Positions 37,042-52,000 are shown, counted from the stretch's first letter. The stretch is DNA of 64,000 nt from Protoeuglena noctilucae (GCA_958009085.1 OY253673.1:992001-1056000); one strand, 5' to 3'. Numbers and translations: made by a program. The notes: generated by a model not told the origin, from the sequence alone.

Positions 37042-40000
37042 ATGACGAGCGAAAATTACATGGAGGTGTTCCAGGACGCCGCAAATGAGCTCAGCAGCCC
37101 GGACGTGGGTGAGGCCCTTGGCGAACTTTCGCCGCCCCGCCTCCCGCCGCCGGACGCCGGCCACATGTGGCTGCGCCGCGCTCGATCTCCGCCTTGGTCC
37201 ACTGGCTCCCGTTAAAGCCCCGCGAGACGCCCGGCCGTGGCCTGACGGGGACGCCGCTCCCGCCAAGCACTGCCACGCCGGCCCGAGACGCGATGCCCGC
37301 GCAGCGAAGGCCCGATCCTGCGCTTCGTTACATAACGTTTCTGATCCGAGGTTGTGCGCCCGCTCTTACTCCCTCGTGGCCGCGCGCGGACGCGTCGTGC
37401 ATCCCGCGTGCGGCGCAGATTCCGCCTGCGCCGCGTCCCCGCATTCGACTGCCCTCCGCGGCCCCTCAATGAGCCCCACTTGTCTGCTCTGTGCACAGAT
37501 GCCGAGGGCGTGGCCCGCAAGCTGGAGGCGGCGACACTGGTGAAGGAAAAGTTTGAGGCGTTCTTTGCGGGCGAAGTGGCCAACTTCCTCAAGCTCCTGC
37601 TGAGCCCGCTGTGCCAGGTCCTCCTCACGGTCCCCGCCGAGCACGACATGGGCGACCGGCACCGCCTCCGCGGCACCGTGCTGTCCATCCTGCACCGCAT
37701 CCCCACCAATGAGGCGCTCAAGCCCCACGCGGCGCGCATGCAGGAGGTGTGCCTGCAGACGCTGCGCGAGGACAACGAGGAGAACGCCATCGTTGCCATC
37801 CACATGCTCTTCGACCTCCACAAGAACTTCCGCCCAGACCTGAGCGCCCAGGCCCGCGACTTTCTCGAGGTCGTGCGGCTCTTCTATGACGGCTTCCCGC
37901 CCAACGCCGCGGGGTACTTTGGGGCGGAGGGGGTCCCGCCGGAGATGCTCAGGCAAGGAAGGGCACTGAGGTGCTCGACGCGCGCAGTGGAGTTCAGTGC
38001 AAACACGGGCAGAGGGTGGAGAGTGCCTCGCACTGCCTTCCTCTGACGTCGCCCCCTCGCTCTCGCAGGCCCGAGTGCATTCCCGCCACGCGCTCCTTCC
38101 AGCTGGTGGTGGAGACGCCCCTCATCATCATGTTCCTCTGCCAGGTTTACAAGCAGCCCCTGGTGGACCAGCTGCGGGGCCTCGTGCCCCTCATGATACG
38201 CGCCGCCACGTGCAACCACAACCTGCCCAAGGCGAGCTAGCCGGGCGGGCGGGGCGGGTTGGGTGGGTCGACCCAAGCAGTGGCTCTAGCCCTGGACGTG
38301 CAGCCTTCGACTCTCCTCGCCCCCACCCTTCCCCCAGACGGCCCCCCCGGCTTTGCTCAAGATCCTGGGGGACTTCAAGTGGGCCCAGATCAAGACGATC
38401 CAGTTCCTGACGTATCTCGTCAAGGACTTCACGGCGGAGATCGTCCCGCAGCGCAACGCCATCTGCGACGCGACCGCGGGGCTGCTGTGCACGGCGCCCG
38501 ACACGCACGCGGTGCGGAAGGAGCTGCTGGTGACGACGCGGCACATGATCCAGAGCAAGGAGCTGCAGGAGGGGTTCTACCCGCACCTGGCGGTCTTCCT
38601 GGTGGACGGCAACCTGGTGGGCCGGCAGACGCTGACGTCCGAGCAGCTGCGCCCGATGGCGTACTCGCTTCTGGCCGAGCTGGTGCACCACATGCGGGAG
38701 ACGCTGACCGCGGCGCAGCTGGCGGACGTCGTGCACCTCTTCTGCTGCCTCCTCCACGACCCCTCCATCCCCCCCAGCATCGCCACCACCTGTGTCAGGC
38801 GAGTGTCAGGGGGCGACAAGGCGTGGAGACCACGGGAGCGTGCAATGGGAGAGATATCCATGTGGCAGGAAGCTTTCTCATCTCCGCACACAGGCACGGA
38901 CCATCTACCACTCCCTCTGTCCCCCCAGGCTGCTCCTCAACCTGGTGCAGACCATCTTCCACTCCCTCTCCCCCCCAGGCTTCTTCTCAACTTGTTGTAG
39001 ACCATCTACCACTCCCTCTTCCCCCCCAGGCTGCTCCTCAACCTGGTGCAGACCATCTACCACCGCCGGGCCCAGGCGACCCCCGAGGACCGCGCCCTGG
39101 GCCGCCACCTGCTGATGAAGATCCTCAACTGCTACGCCACGGTGCTGCCGGCGATGGCGCGGGGCACGCACGACCTGCTGGAGGAGGTGCGGGTGGAGCG
39201 CAACCACCGCAACGCCGTGCGGGACATGCTGCTGGAGGGCACGGGGCAGCGGGGGGAGGGGGATGACGGGGAGGGGGGCGTGGGTGGCAGGGGGGGAAGG
39301 AAGAGCGAGGTGGAGGGGGAGGGTGGCGAGGGAGGGGACAGCGCGGGGCGGGAGGGGGGCGACGGGGCAGACGGGGACGGCGGGTCGGTCAAGGCGAGGC
39401 ATGGGGGATGACTGGGCACATGACATGGACACGCGTGGTGGATGTCTCTGTTACCAATTACATCCGCCGTGTTCCTCTGTCTCGCAGACGCCCCGCAGGA
39501 GTGCCCGGGGCGAGGACCTGATGGGTGCGGGGTCGGAGGGGGGCGTGGAGCGAGGGAGCGGACCCATGTCTGAGGTGGACAGCGAGCGGGGCGACGGTGG
39601 CAAGAGCACGGGGGATCGCGACAGGGAGAAAGAGAAGGAGAAGGGCGCTCGCGTGGAGGGCCAAGTGCTGCTGCACATGCTTCCCCAGACGGACAAGCTG
39701 CGGGAGCTGAACGACCGCAAGCACATGCTCTACATGCTGCTCACGTGCATGAAGACGCTGCTGTTCGGGGTGACCAACTACGACCGGCAGCCGCACCACC
39801 GGGGGGAGGCCAGGGGAGAGACGGGGGGGGCGCGCACGGGGCAGGGGGAGGGGGAGGTCAACAGCGGCCAAGCGGGGGCGCCTCAGGCCAAGGCGAGCGC
39901 TGACACTTGTCATACACGCCGCTGTGTGCCTGGCTGGGCAAGGGGCGGCTTAGCATGCATGGCTTTGCAAGCAGTATTCACATGCCCACTCCCTCTACCA

Positions 40001-43000
40001 CCCCGCAGCCCGCGCTGTCCGAGGGTATCACCCCCGAGGAGGTGCGGCTGGTGAGCCAGGTGCTTCTGTCGGGGATGGAGGCGTGCGCGCTGTACTGGGA
40101 GACGGAGGTCAAGCCCGAGGCCCAGGGGGTCTACTACCTCATGGCGGAGATGCTGTCGGGTAAGTGGCACTGTGGGGGTGCACTGTGGTGATGGCATGGG
40201 TGCTATGCAGTGCGGGTGCGCTTGGCACGTGTACTAGCATTGCTGGGTGACCACGCTCTCAAAGACCTCAGCTCCACCGCTGCCCTGCACCCGCTCCCTC
40301 GCCACCCATCCCATCTATCTGTGCCCTGGTTGCCCCCACATCAACCCACCCATACCACCCCTCCCCCCCCCCAGTTTTGGAGCGCCGCGAGCTGCACCTG
40401 TGCCTGGTCCCCCACATGGAGGCCTTCGTGTCCCTGCTGTCCCGCTCCGACCACCTCCTCCACATCGTCGTGCACCTCCTCATGAGCGAGAACGCCAACC
40501 AGACGGCCCAGGCGTTCACCGACGTCCTCGCCGGCTACCTCTTCAACGAGAAACTGGCGGCATTGGACGACGTGGCATCGCGGGACGGAGCGCTGGTGCT
40601 GCGGCTCTTCCAGATGCTCTTCGGCGCCCTCACCAAGCACCCCGCGCAGCTGCGGGGGGCCCTGCAGCCCCGCATCTGCGCCCTCGTCGACCGCTGCCTG
40701 CACCACATGGCGTCCAACCCCTCCCCCATGGGCTACGTCCAGGTGTTGAGGGCCGTATTCCGCGCGCTCCAGGGCGGCCGCAACGTCGCGCACCTCAAGC
40801 CCATGTTCGCCACCTTCCTCCCCGCCCTCGAGGGCACCATCCGGCGCCTCTCCGCACTCCTCGCCGGGCCCTGCCGCCGCGTGCCCCGCGCCAGCGTGGT
40901 CGAGCTGCTGCTCATGCTGCCCGCGGAGCTGTCGGACCAGCTGGAGCATTTGCGGCACCTGGTGCGGCCGCTGCTGCTGGCGCTGCGGAGCACGGAGGAC
41001 CACGTGCTGTCGTTGGGGCTCAAGACGCTCGAGTTCTGGATCGACAACCTCAACCCGGAGTTCCTGGAGATGACTATGGGCGACCACCAGCGGGCCATCC
41101 TGGCCGCGCTGTGGGACCAGCTGCGCCCGGGGCAGATCGGGTTCTCGGCCAAGGCCCTGCAGATCCTCGGGAAGCTCGGGGGGCGCAACCGCAGAGTGCC
41201 GAGGGTGAGGGGCGGGGGGAGGGCGTTGGTGTGACTGTTGATGACGAGTGCCTGATAGTTAGGGGCGCCTGCTGCAGGACCATGTGGAGCGGTCGGTGTG
41301 CCTGTTGATGAGTCCCTTTGCCATGCAAACAGCCCCATGACATCCACTCCCCTCCCCGCAGGAGGTGCGCGACTTGGAGTTCCGGGACCTCCCCGAGCAC
41401 GGCATGCGCATCATCCTCACATTCGAGCCCTCCACGCCCTTCCTCATGCCCGTCGACAAGTGCGTGCGGTTCGCGCGGTCCGCCATCCGCAACGAGCCCC
41501 TCCCCGCGCGCGTCCCTGCGCCCGCCTCGTCCGACCGGGGGTCGCAGCAGGCGTCGCAGCGCAAGCCCCCCGAGCGCTCGCTCCACAACCGCACTGAGGC
41601 GGCCAAGTTCATCCGCATGACCCTCGTGCGGTCCACCAACCTCCGCGACCCCGCGGACAGCGCCCTCGCGTGCGCCACGCCCGAGGACAAGGTCAAGGAG
41701 GCGCTGCTGGGGCCGCACGGGAAGCCACGGGTGCCGCCCCTGCCCATGCCGGCCCAGCGCCAGGGCATCCCCAAGACCAAGGTGGGCCATGGGGGCGGCC
41801 AGGGTAGCAGGCGAATGGTGGACGCGGTCTTGGGCCCTGCATGGCTGAGAGTCGTGACGAAGCGGCCGAGCTGAGCCGTGGGCTGCGGGGGGTTAGCTGG
41901 TGGTGTCTGCGCACTCGAGTAAAAACCCCAAGAATCGAGTTCATGCCTGCGCCTGCACCTGTACTTGCAGGTCCAGTACGAGTCGGAGAAGGACGTCTTG
42001 CGGATCGCGCTGACGGCTGCGCTCGAGGCGGCGGCCGACGCGGAGCTCTGCTGGCACGAGATGAAGGCGTCGGGGGCGGAGGGTGCGGGCGCGAATGCGG
42101 AGGCGGGGTCGGACGAGCAGTCTCGGCGCAGCACCGGCCCCGGGGCGCGTGACTTGTCCCAGGCGCCCTCGCGGCAGTTCGCGGGGGGGCTGGTGCGCCA
42201 CGCGGCGCTGCTGATGGCCGCGGGCGCGACGACCGTGGCGCTCCCCACCTCGACGGACCTGGACAACGGCATCGACGCCGAGGTGCACCACCAGAGCTAC
42301 CGCCAGCTGAGCCCGGCGCTGGTGGTGGACGCGCTGGCGGCGCTGCTGACGGACTCGGAGGAGCGGCGCGAGTACGCAACGACAGCACTGCAGCAGCTCC
42401 TGCGCACGGTGCTGGTGGTCGTGGAGGAGCAGCGGCGCCTGGGGAGGCCCATGGCCGCGCACGAGTCGGAGTTCCCGCCGGGCGGCAAGGACGCGGCCGG
42501 TCTGCCCGCGCTGCCGCCCGTCCCCGCGGGCGTCCAGGACGTGGTCGACCGCGTCACGCACCTGTGCTACTCCCAGGACCCCGCCGCTGCCGTGGCGTGC
42601 GTGGAGGCGCTGGCGGCCGTGTGCCGCACGCTGCCCCGGGAGTTCCTGGAGGTGCTGGCCGTGCCGATGCTGCGGGCCATGATGGCGGTGCTCGACCGGT
42701 GCCCGGGGGACGGCACTGTCGAGGAGATTGGCAGGCGAGGCGGGGTCTTGGTATGGGTGCGGGTGGTGCTGTGAGGACGAGTCCTACTGGTGGTTGCGCT
42801 GTGGTTGCAGTTGCGAACGCGACCCGCTGCTCTGTTCTGATCTCGCAGGAAGGCCGTGCGCGTGCTCATGCGGCGGTGCGCGGGCGTGGAGGCGTGGCAG
42901 CGGGAGCCGCTCACCGAGGCCGAGGCCATCCCCGCGTGCATGCGCGGCGACGACGCTGCCGGGAACCACAAGGCCCCGCAGTCCAGGCCCTCGCGCCGCG

Positions 43001-46000
43001 TCAGCATCGCAGGTGCGACACGCGTGCCGCTGCTCTTAGCCACGCCCTTCCCTCCTGCTGCCCACCGCCTGTGCCAGGCCAGTCACGCCCCTCTTTCCGC
43101 ACCCACCCCACCCCCTCCCCTCCCGCAGGCGACCAGCCCGACGTGGCAGACGCGGAGGACGAGCGCGGCATGTCAGAGGCCGCCATGGCGCACCTTGTGT
43201 CCTTTCTGGCCTGCACCGCCGTGCCCACGCCCCTCTCCCAGTGCCTGGTCGCCGACCGGCAGCGCCAGTGCGCCCAGGACCTCCTCGTCAGCCTCGCCCG
43301 GGGGCACGGGTGCTCGGTCGAGACCCTCCTGGACAGCGCAGGTGCCCTCTTTGTCGACAAGGCAGAGGCCCGCGTGGGGGAGCCAAGCTCACACACCCCG
43401 TCCCCGCCGCTCCATCTTCTCGACCGCCTCCTCGGCGCCCGCCTCGCCTCGCGGTACCTCGCGTCCCAGGCGGGCCTGGTGTCCACCGCCGCCTTCGCCC
43501 TCGCATGCGAGCCGCCGCTCCTGGACCCACGCGGCGCTTTGCCCGAGGTCGAGGGCGCGGCGCAGGGCGGCGATGCGGGGGATGGGGAGAGCCGGGGCGG
43601 CGCGGCGGCCGTGTCCGCCCCGGTGTCGCGGCAGGCGGAGTCCCTGGCGGAGCTGTGCCTGGACGCGCTTGCGCTGCTCGAGGGCAAGGCGCCCGAGGTG
43701 ACCGCGAAGATGGACGGGCTGGCGGACCGCGACCGGCACCTCGGCCGCCTGCGGGTGGCCTCCCTGGAGCTCATGGGGGTGCTGGCGGGGCTGCGGGACA
43801 GCGAGCGGCTGGAGCCGGTGCTGCGTCGTCTGGACTCTGCCACGGCCTGGGGCGACTGGCCCGAGGCGGAGGAGGGGTCGCACGCCCCCGTGAAGCGCCG
43901 CATGGTCATGGCGCTGTTCCGGGCCCTGTCCGCGGACCAGCCCCTGGAGGTTGCAGCCGCCCGCCGCGCTTTGCTCCGGCTCAACGTGGCCGCCCTGCCC
44001 AAGACACTGGTGAGGGGGTGGGGGGGGTGACGATGCTGAGCTGCACCACAGCTGTGCTGCTCCACTGTTGTACTGGTCCACTGCTGTGCAGCTCCACACC
44101 TGTGCCGCTTCACTACCCCACGGCTGTGTTGCTGTGCTGGCTGCTTCACTACCCTGCCTATCTTCCCCCCAGGTCCGCCACTCCCTCGACCCCCTGGTGT
44201 CCACCATCTCCTCCATGCACCACCTGTCCCTCCCCGTCCTCCGCGGCACGGCGCACGCCCTGGAGATCCTCGGGTCGTCCGTGGAGGCGCCCGAGCTGAC
44301 GCGCACCATCCTGGCCCACATGGAGATGTGGCTGAAGCTGGACACGCTCGTGAACCTGGACGGGAAGGCGTGGAAGGCGGGGCAGGAGGCCCAGGTCGCG
44401 GCGGCCATCCTGCACCTCTTCCCGCTCCTGCCCCCGTCGGCTGAGGGAGCTGGGGCGTACCTCATCTCCTCCAAAGACCGCGTCGGCCTCATCGTCATCA
44501 CCATCCAGCTCGAGCTCGCCCTGCTCGGCGTCCCCGGCCTCGTCAGCCCCGGCCGGCTGCTCCCCACGCCCTTCCGCCTGCCCCTCATCCACTTCATCAA
44601 CAAGCACACGAGGGAGACCGTCGACTACTTCCTCGCCCCCAACCGCTTCGCCAGCAACAACAACTACTTCATCTTCACCGACATCCTCCGCGCACCCCAC
44701 GGCGCCCCTCTCCTCGACCAGCTGGCCGCCGACCCCTCGCGCCTCCTCGCCGCCACCGGCCTCGCCCCCACCGCGCCACCCGACCCCGCTGAGCCAGCCA
44801 GGGACCTGGCCCTCCGTGGACTGGAGCTCATCGCCATCATCGCGGAGCGCAGGCCCGCGTGGCTCGCGCCCGGCTCCGAGGCCCTGGCCGCCCTGCGCCA
44901 CCGCTGGGCTGCCCTTCCCGACCTGGAGCGCCAGGCCCTGCCGCACCTGCGCCAGCACGGCTCCGAGGTCCGCTGGCTCATCGCCGCCCTCTGCTCGTAC
45001 CTCTCCGCCCACCGCGACCCCCCCGTGCTGCTGGACATGGTGGCGCCCCTGCGGTCGCGACTGGAGGTCGACCTCGGCCCCCTCCGCCACTTCCTCGGCG
45101 TCACCGCCCCCGCCCTCCTCTCCCCCTCGGACGTCGCCGACGTCGTCCGCGCCTTCACCGCGCGCCTGGCCGAGCTCCACGCCGCCCTGGCCGCGAGGGG
45201 CGCACCCACCGCCCCGGGGGACGTCCCCTCGGACCTCCACGAAGCGCAGCTGTCGTTGGCCCTGGCGCTGCGGCACCTGCTGCTGCCCTGCCTGCGCCAC
45301 GCCGTGTCCGCGGGCACCCTCCGCGAGTGCCTGCCCGACCCGGTGCTCGTGCCTCTGCTGGACGTGGCGTTGGAGCGGACCCTCTACGACGGGCGGGGAG
45401 ACGGGGCGGGGGGGTCGAGGGGCGACGCGTACACGGGCGCCCCGGAGGACGGCCGCCGCGCCCTGACGTCGCCATTGGCGGAGCTGGCGGAGCAGCTGAT
45501 GGATCTGATGGCGGTGCTGATGGAGCACATGACCGGGGACCTGCACCCGCCGTGGACGCGCGAGGGGCACCGGGAGGACGGCGACGTGGCGATGTCGGGG
45601 GACGGTGATGGGGAGGAGGGGCCGCTGGGTTCCCGGGGGGACCGGCCTGGGACGAGGGACTACCGCCGGGGGTTGATCCGGCTGCCGTGGCACTTCCTGA
45701 CCACCGACCACTCCCCCGTGCGCTTCACGGCGTTCGTGACCGTGTGTCGGTTCATGAAGCACATGCCCAAGTGCCCGGGCAAGATCTACCTGCAGATCTA
45801 CATGAGCTTGATCAAGCAGTGGCAGCCGGAGGGGCGCGCCAAGATCCGCGAGGCGCTTGACATCCTCACGCCCCTCATGCCCCTGCACCCGGCCCCGGAC
45901 GAGCCGCCGACGCTCAAGTACCCGCAATGGATCCGGTGGACCAAGGTGAGTCGGAGCATATATGGTGGGGTGGATGCAGTGAAAGTGAGAGGATGAGGGA

Positions 46001-49000
46001 CGTGCAGCATATGCGCATCCACGTGCATTGAATCACCCCGTCATCCCGTCTATCCCTACCATCACTTTTGTACCCTCTATAATCCTTCAACCCGCGCCCC
46101 TTTCCCCTTCCGCGTTCTGTGTTTGTCAAACCCCTCACGACCCCTGTCCTTTCCCCTCCCCCAGCGCACGCTCATGGAGGAGGGCCACTCGCTGGGCAAC
46201 CTCGTCCACATCCTGCAGCTCATCTGCCGCCACCACCTCGTCTTCGCGCCCTGGCGCAACCAGCTCACGCCCCTCATCATCCAGGCCCTGCAGCGGCTGG
46301 GCATCCCCCAGCACTCTCCCCTGGAGTATCGCAAGCTGTCCATCGATCTCATCGAGGTGATCCTCGACTGGGAGGCGCAGGCCAAGGCGAGGGCGGCGGA
46401 GGGGGACGGGGCAGAGGCGGCGACACCCGCGGGGGCGGGGGCGGGGCAGAAGCGACCAGCGGAGGCGATGGAAGGGGGGGCGGACCCGGCCGAGCCGCCC
46501 GCGCAGCTCATGCGCGCGTCGAGCGGCGCTGCGGTGCCGGCGCCGCCCCGGGACAACGGCGCAGGGGACTCTGCGGCGGGGGCGTCGGCGGGCGGCGGTG
46601 CGTCGTCTGCGCGGGCGGCTCCCTCTGGGGCCTCGTACCACCCCGCGCTGCTGCCTGCCCAGGCTCAGTACCTGGTCAGCTACTGCCAGCGCATGGCCCT
46701 GATGATCTTCTTCACCCCCGAGGGCAAGCCCCAGCGCATCGACCGGGACCTGCTGGCCACGCACGCCCACACGCTGCGGCAGATCTCGCGCGTGCTCGAC
46801 ATTTGGCCCGAGACGCCCGTCAAGTTCGGCAACTTCCTCGAGAAACACCTCACCAACGACCTCGCGTGAGGATGGATGTGGCTCGTGCTGCGCGATACGA
46901 GCTGTGCAGTGCTGTGCGTGCAATGAGCTGTGTCCACGCCCGGTGCATCTGTGTCGACCATGCTCTGCCTGGTGTGTTTTACAAGTCACCCACCCAACCC
47001 TTCTTCCCTCTTTCTCCTCCCAGCCGCCGCATGGACCCCCCCGTGACGCTCATCACGGGCCTGGCGACGCTGCAGCGGGTGCTGGCGGTGCAGGGGTGGC
47101 GCGCCCTGGAGCCCGTCTTCGCCCCCGCCACGCTCCTCCTCAAGCACGCCCTCAACAGCACCAACGAGCGCGTGCCGGGGCTGCTGACGGCCGTGCTGCG
47201 GGAGCTGCTGAAGGGACTGGAGCCCTACGCACGGGACAACATCCCCCCGGCCGTGAGGGACTTCCTGGAGGTGCTGACCAAGGAGATGGTCAACACCATC
47301 ACGGCCACGCAGGCGAGTGACTGGCTGTTGGTAACAGCACGCATTGGGATAGGTACATCTCCCAGCCCATAGGTATATAGGCATATATATATACATATAG
47401 GCATATATATAGGCAGACCTCTCAGCACCCCACCCTGCACCCCTCCATCACACGTCAACCCCTACCCATTCCCTTGTTTCCAGGAGCACCTCCAGACGTT
47501 CATCGAGCGCCAGGGCCAGCTGGCCACGGCGGTGCGGGAGGGCAATGCGGAGGGCAAGGCCGCGGCGACCCAGGGCGTCGAGTCGGCACTCAAGCTGCTG
47601 GTCACGGGGGTGCAGGCGTCGTGCGGGGTGCTGCGCGTGATCGAGGACCTCTCGCAGCTGTCTCTGGAGCTGGTGGACCCCTTCCTGGTCCCTGCACTCA
47701 AGCTGGCCAACATGCTGGCACGCGAGCATATCCGGCCGTTTGTGGAGAACGTGGGCACGGGGCAGATCCCCTGCAAGCTCCTGCACACGGACCCCAAGGT
47801 CCCCGTGGAAAAACAACTCAAGGCGGAGGTGCGTGGGTGGGGTGGGGAATGGGCAGGGTGACGGTGGAGGTGCGGTGGATGTCATGGCGACCGTAGACTT
47901 ACTCACTCCCTCCCTCACTCTCTCACCCCTCCCTCTCCCCCTCAGTACGGCACGGCCGTGTGGCTCGTGGCCACCATCCTCCGCGTCGCCCGGCGCCGCG
48001 TCCTCCAGCCCGAGTTCTCCAACCGCAAGAAGACCTTCGTGCACACCCTCGTGCTCCTCGTCAGCGACAGCAACCGGTCCGCGCAGCACGTCCACCCCGC
48101 CCTTCTCCTCGAGTTGCTCGACGCCGTGCGATTCTGGGTCGACCAGGACGAACCCGAAGCGGGGCGGCTCAGCACCAAGGAGGTCGTCGGGTCCCTGCAG
48201 CGCCTGGCGTCGCTGGACCGCAACGGATGCATCTCCGAGGGACTCCTGCCTGCCTGGGAGCCCCGCTTCCTGCCCCTCGTGTACCGCATGTGCACCGTCA
48301 CGGAAGCCGTCGCGGGGCCCGAGGCCCCCGCCCTCCGCGCGGACGCCTTCAACAAAGTGGAGCGCATCTTCCTGTGCGGGCTCAAGGCCCGGGACCCCGC
48401 CCTGCGCGCCCGCTTCCTCGCCTTGTACACGGACGCCATCCCCCGCAACATCCACCAGCGCCTCAAGTTTTGCGTGGAGTCCCAGGACTGGGAGGCACTG
48501 GCGGGGACCTTCTGGCTGCAGCACGCGGTGGCCATCCACCTCGACATCGTTCGCACGGAGGGGGCGCTGTACATCGCGCCCAACTCGAGCGTGTTCCCCC
48601 CTCTCCTGGCCGGCACGCGGCCTCTGGTGTTCCCGCATAAGTCACGGGGGGCTGGGGGTGGGGGTGGGGCTGCGGGTGGGAGCGGCGCGAGGGGTGAGGG
48701 CGAGGCAAAGGACCCCGGGGGGACCCAGGGCGGCGCGGACGGCGCAGGGAAGTCGGCGGGGAGTGGGCAGGGAGCGGGGCAGGGTGCGGGGGAGGGTGGG
48801 GGTGCGAGGGGTGGGGAGGCGGGGCCTGTGACGGAGGAAGACCGCAAACCGGAGGCCATGGAAGTGGACGGGGAGGGACAGGTGAGGGCGGGGGGGTGGA
48901 GATGGCTTAACCAAAGCGGGGCGGTGTGTGCGTGCGTGCGTGTGGGGGCTGCGGCTGTGGTATGAGTAGGGGTTTTGTGATCTGTGTGGTGCGTGCCGGA

Positions 49001-52000
49001 CATATTATGCAATACATGATACTAGTACTTGTTATGTGTGCCTTGTGTGAGTGTATCAGCTGTGTCCGCCCCCACAGGCCGCCCCAGGCCAGAAGGCAGA
49101 GGGCGCGGCGGTGGGTCCGGAAGCTGCAGGTACGTCGGCCACGCAGGCGAGCGCGGCAGGGGCGGAGGGCGGGCGGGAGGAGGAGGGGGAGGCGCGGAAC
49201 GGGGAGGAGGAGGGCCCTGAGCCCGAGGCGCCCATCGCCAGCTCTGGTCCCGCGTGGGAGGAGGTGTCTGAGACGGTGCGGCGGCTGTGCCTGGAGGAGG
49301 CGGCCTTCACGCGCAAGTACAGCGACGCGACGGTGGCGGAGCTGGTGCAGCCTCTGAGCGCCATGGCTGCCGAGGACGTGATGGTGGCGCACCACGTGTG
49401 GGTGCTGCTGTTCCCCATCATGTGGAGCGCCGCCGACAAGCAGCAGCAGTACGACCTGGCCAAGCCCATCATCAGTGAGCATGGAGGGGGGTGGGAGGGA
49501 TGAGACTGCGATGTGGCCAGTGCTATGCAGAGCTGGCTTTGCGTGCCATCGCCACTGCACCTTTGTTAGCCCGCACCTCTCCACCTCACCTCGTCTCCCA
49601 TCTCACCCCATCTCATCTCACCTCACCTCACCTCTTCTCATCTCATCTCTCACCTCACCTCATCACCCCCGCAGACCTCTTGTCGAAAGAGTACCACGTG
49701 CGCCAGGCGGCCGCGCGCCCCAACGTGGTCCAGGCGCTGCTGGACGGCATCTCCCTGTCCATGCCGCAGCCCAAGATCCCCGCGGAGCTCTTCCGCTTCC
49801 TCGGCCGCACCTTCAACGCATGGAACCTGGCCCTGACGCTCGTCGAGTCGCACGTGCTGCTCTTCCCGGACGAGTCGCGGTGCCTGGGGGCCGCCGCCGA
49901 CCTCTACCGCGCGCTCAACGAGACCGACTTCCTCGCGGGGCTCTGGAAGACGCGGTGCTCGAGCCAGCTGACGCGCGCCGCGCTGTCCCGGGTGCAGCTG
50001 GGGCTGTGGGAGGAGGCGCAGGCGGCGCTGTACCTGGCGGTGGAGCTGTACAGCCAGGGCCAGATGAAGGGGCGGAACACGAGCAAGGGGGAGCTGTCGC
50101 TGTGGATCGAGCACTGGGTGGAGAGCTGCCGGCAGCTGAACCAGTGGGACACCCTGATGGAGTACGGGAAGAGCCTCGAGCACCAGGGCGTGCTGCTGGA
50201 CGTGGTGTGGAAGGTCGGGCAGTGGGACCAGCTGCAGCACAACGTGCTGCCGCGGCTCAGCCTGGACGACAGCCCCGGGCCACTGCTGGTGGAGGCGCAG
50301 CTGCACCTGATCAGCACGGGCGACTTTGGCAGGGCGGACGTCCGCATGACCCAGGCGCTCCACGCGGCGCTCGCTAACTGGTGGCAGCTGCCGGAGGTGG
50401 GCGCGGACTGCCACGCGCCGCTGCTGCAGGACTTCCAGCGGCTGGTCGAGGTCATCGAGTCGAAGGAGGCGCTGACGCAGCTAAGGAAGATGCAGGCGGC
50501 CGAGGCGGCGCCCACGGTCGTGCAGGCGAGATGGGGAGGTGTGGGGGTGGGGGGTGTGAAAGGGGTGGGTGGGTGGGGTGGGAGGGGGGTGTTAGATGAG
50601 AGGAGGGTGGCAGTGATGTATACCATGTCCGCACATTCGTCGATCAATGAGTTTCATGATACTGACGTTCTCGTTTCTTCTGTCCCTTATCGCAGGAGAT
50701 GACGGACCTGATGGCGACGTGGCGCTTCCGCACGCCCAACGAGTGGGAGGGGGTGCCTCGCTGGGCGGACGTGCTGGTGTGGCGCAACCACATCTTCCAG
50801 CTCATCATCACCTCCAAGTACGCCAGCGACGACAACCGGGACGCCATGACTCAGGGGGGATTCAACGACAAGGCCTGGGGCGTCAACCGCCTGGCCAGCA
50901 TCGCCCGCAAGCACGGCGCATGCGGCACGTGCGTGGACATCATCAACTCCCTCTACGGCTTCCCCACCATGCAAGTCAACGAGGCCTTCGTCAAGATCCA
51001 CGAGCAGGCCAAGGCGCAGATGGCGGACCCCACGCAGATCGCCCTGGCCTTCCAGCTCCTGAACGAGACCAACCTGTCGTACTTCAGCCCCGCCCAGCAG
51101 GCGGAGCTGGTGCGCCTCAAGGGCGTGTGCCTGGAGCGCATCGGCAACGACGTCGACGCCCGGGACGCCCTCTCCACCGCCGTGGGGCTGCATGACAAGC
51201 TGGGCGAGGGGTGGCTGTCCTGGGGCGTGTTCTGCGAGAACGCCACCATGCGCGAGACCCTGGGGATGCCCGCGGAGCGCAACCGGACCGCGCGGGAGGT
51301 GGCGGTGGAGCAGGCGGTGGCGTGCTACCTCACCAGCGCCGCGCAGGGCAGCCCCGGCGGCCGCGCCATGATGGCCCGCGTGCTGCGCTTGCTGACGTTC
51401 GAGGACGCGGGGGGCGCCGTGTCGCGGGCCATGGCCCAGCACGTGGGCGCGGTGCCGTCCTGGGTGTGGCTGCAGTGGGTGCCACAGCTGCTGGCCTCCC
51501 TGCAGCACAACGAGATGCAGATGGCCAAGGCCCTGCTGCGCCGCGTGGTGGGCCAGCACCCCCACGCCCTCTACCTCCACCTCCGCGCCGCCCTCATGGG
51601 GCTCCGCGCCCTCGTCACTACCCACGAGGCGCGCGCCGCCACCCGCGCCGCCGACGGGCGCGGAGCTGTCTCGGAGGCACGCGCGGCTGCCACCGCCTTT
51701 GAGGAGGGGAAGAAGCTCATGCAGATTGCACGGCAGGAGGACCCCGCCCACATGGCCGTCACGGAGGCCGCCGTGTCCCAGGCGAGTGCTGGGGGGTGGA
51801 GAAAGGGGCGTGTTGCATTGTAAGTTTGGGGTTGCACAAGCGCCCTTGAGTCTGCTCTGCCATCGTCCCGCCTGCTTCCTGCCTGCACCTGCACCCACCC
51901 AGCCGCCCCCCCTCGTTCCGCAGATGGTCTTAGTGCTCGGCCCGCGCATGGAGGAGCGCCTGGCTGCGATCCTCTTCTCCCTGTGCCAGAAGTGCTACCG

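Noticed and set aside
38899..39063. Repeat arrays (also 609-830 and 33835-33990) as CRISPR-like
   Set aside because: Pure tandem repeats without unique spacers, in a eukaryotic gene context with no cas genes.
44158..45927. Long antisense ORFs (589 aa here; also 7846-9861, 12763-13926, 28051-29130, 47448-48638, 51930-52883)
   Set aside because: Shadows of real genes caused by extreme GC3 and stop-codon scarcity; no independent motifs.
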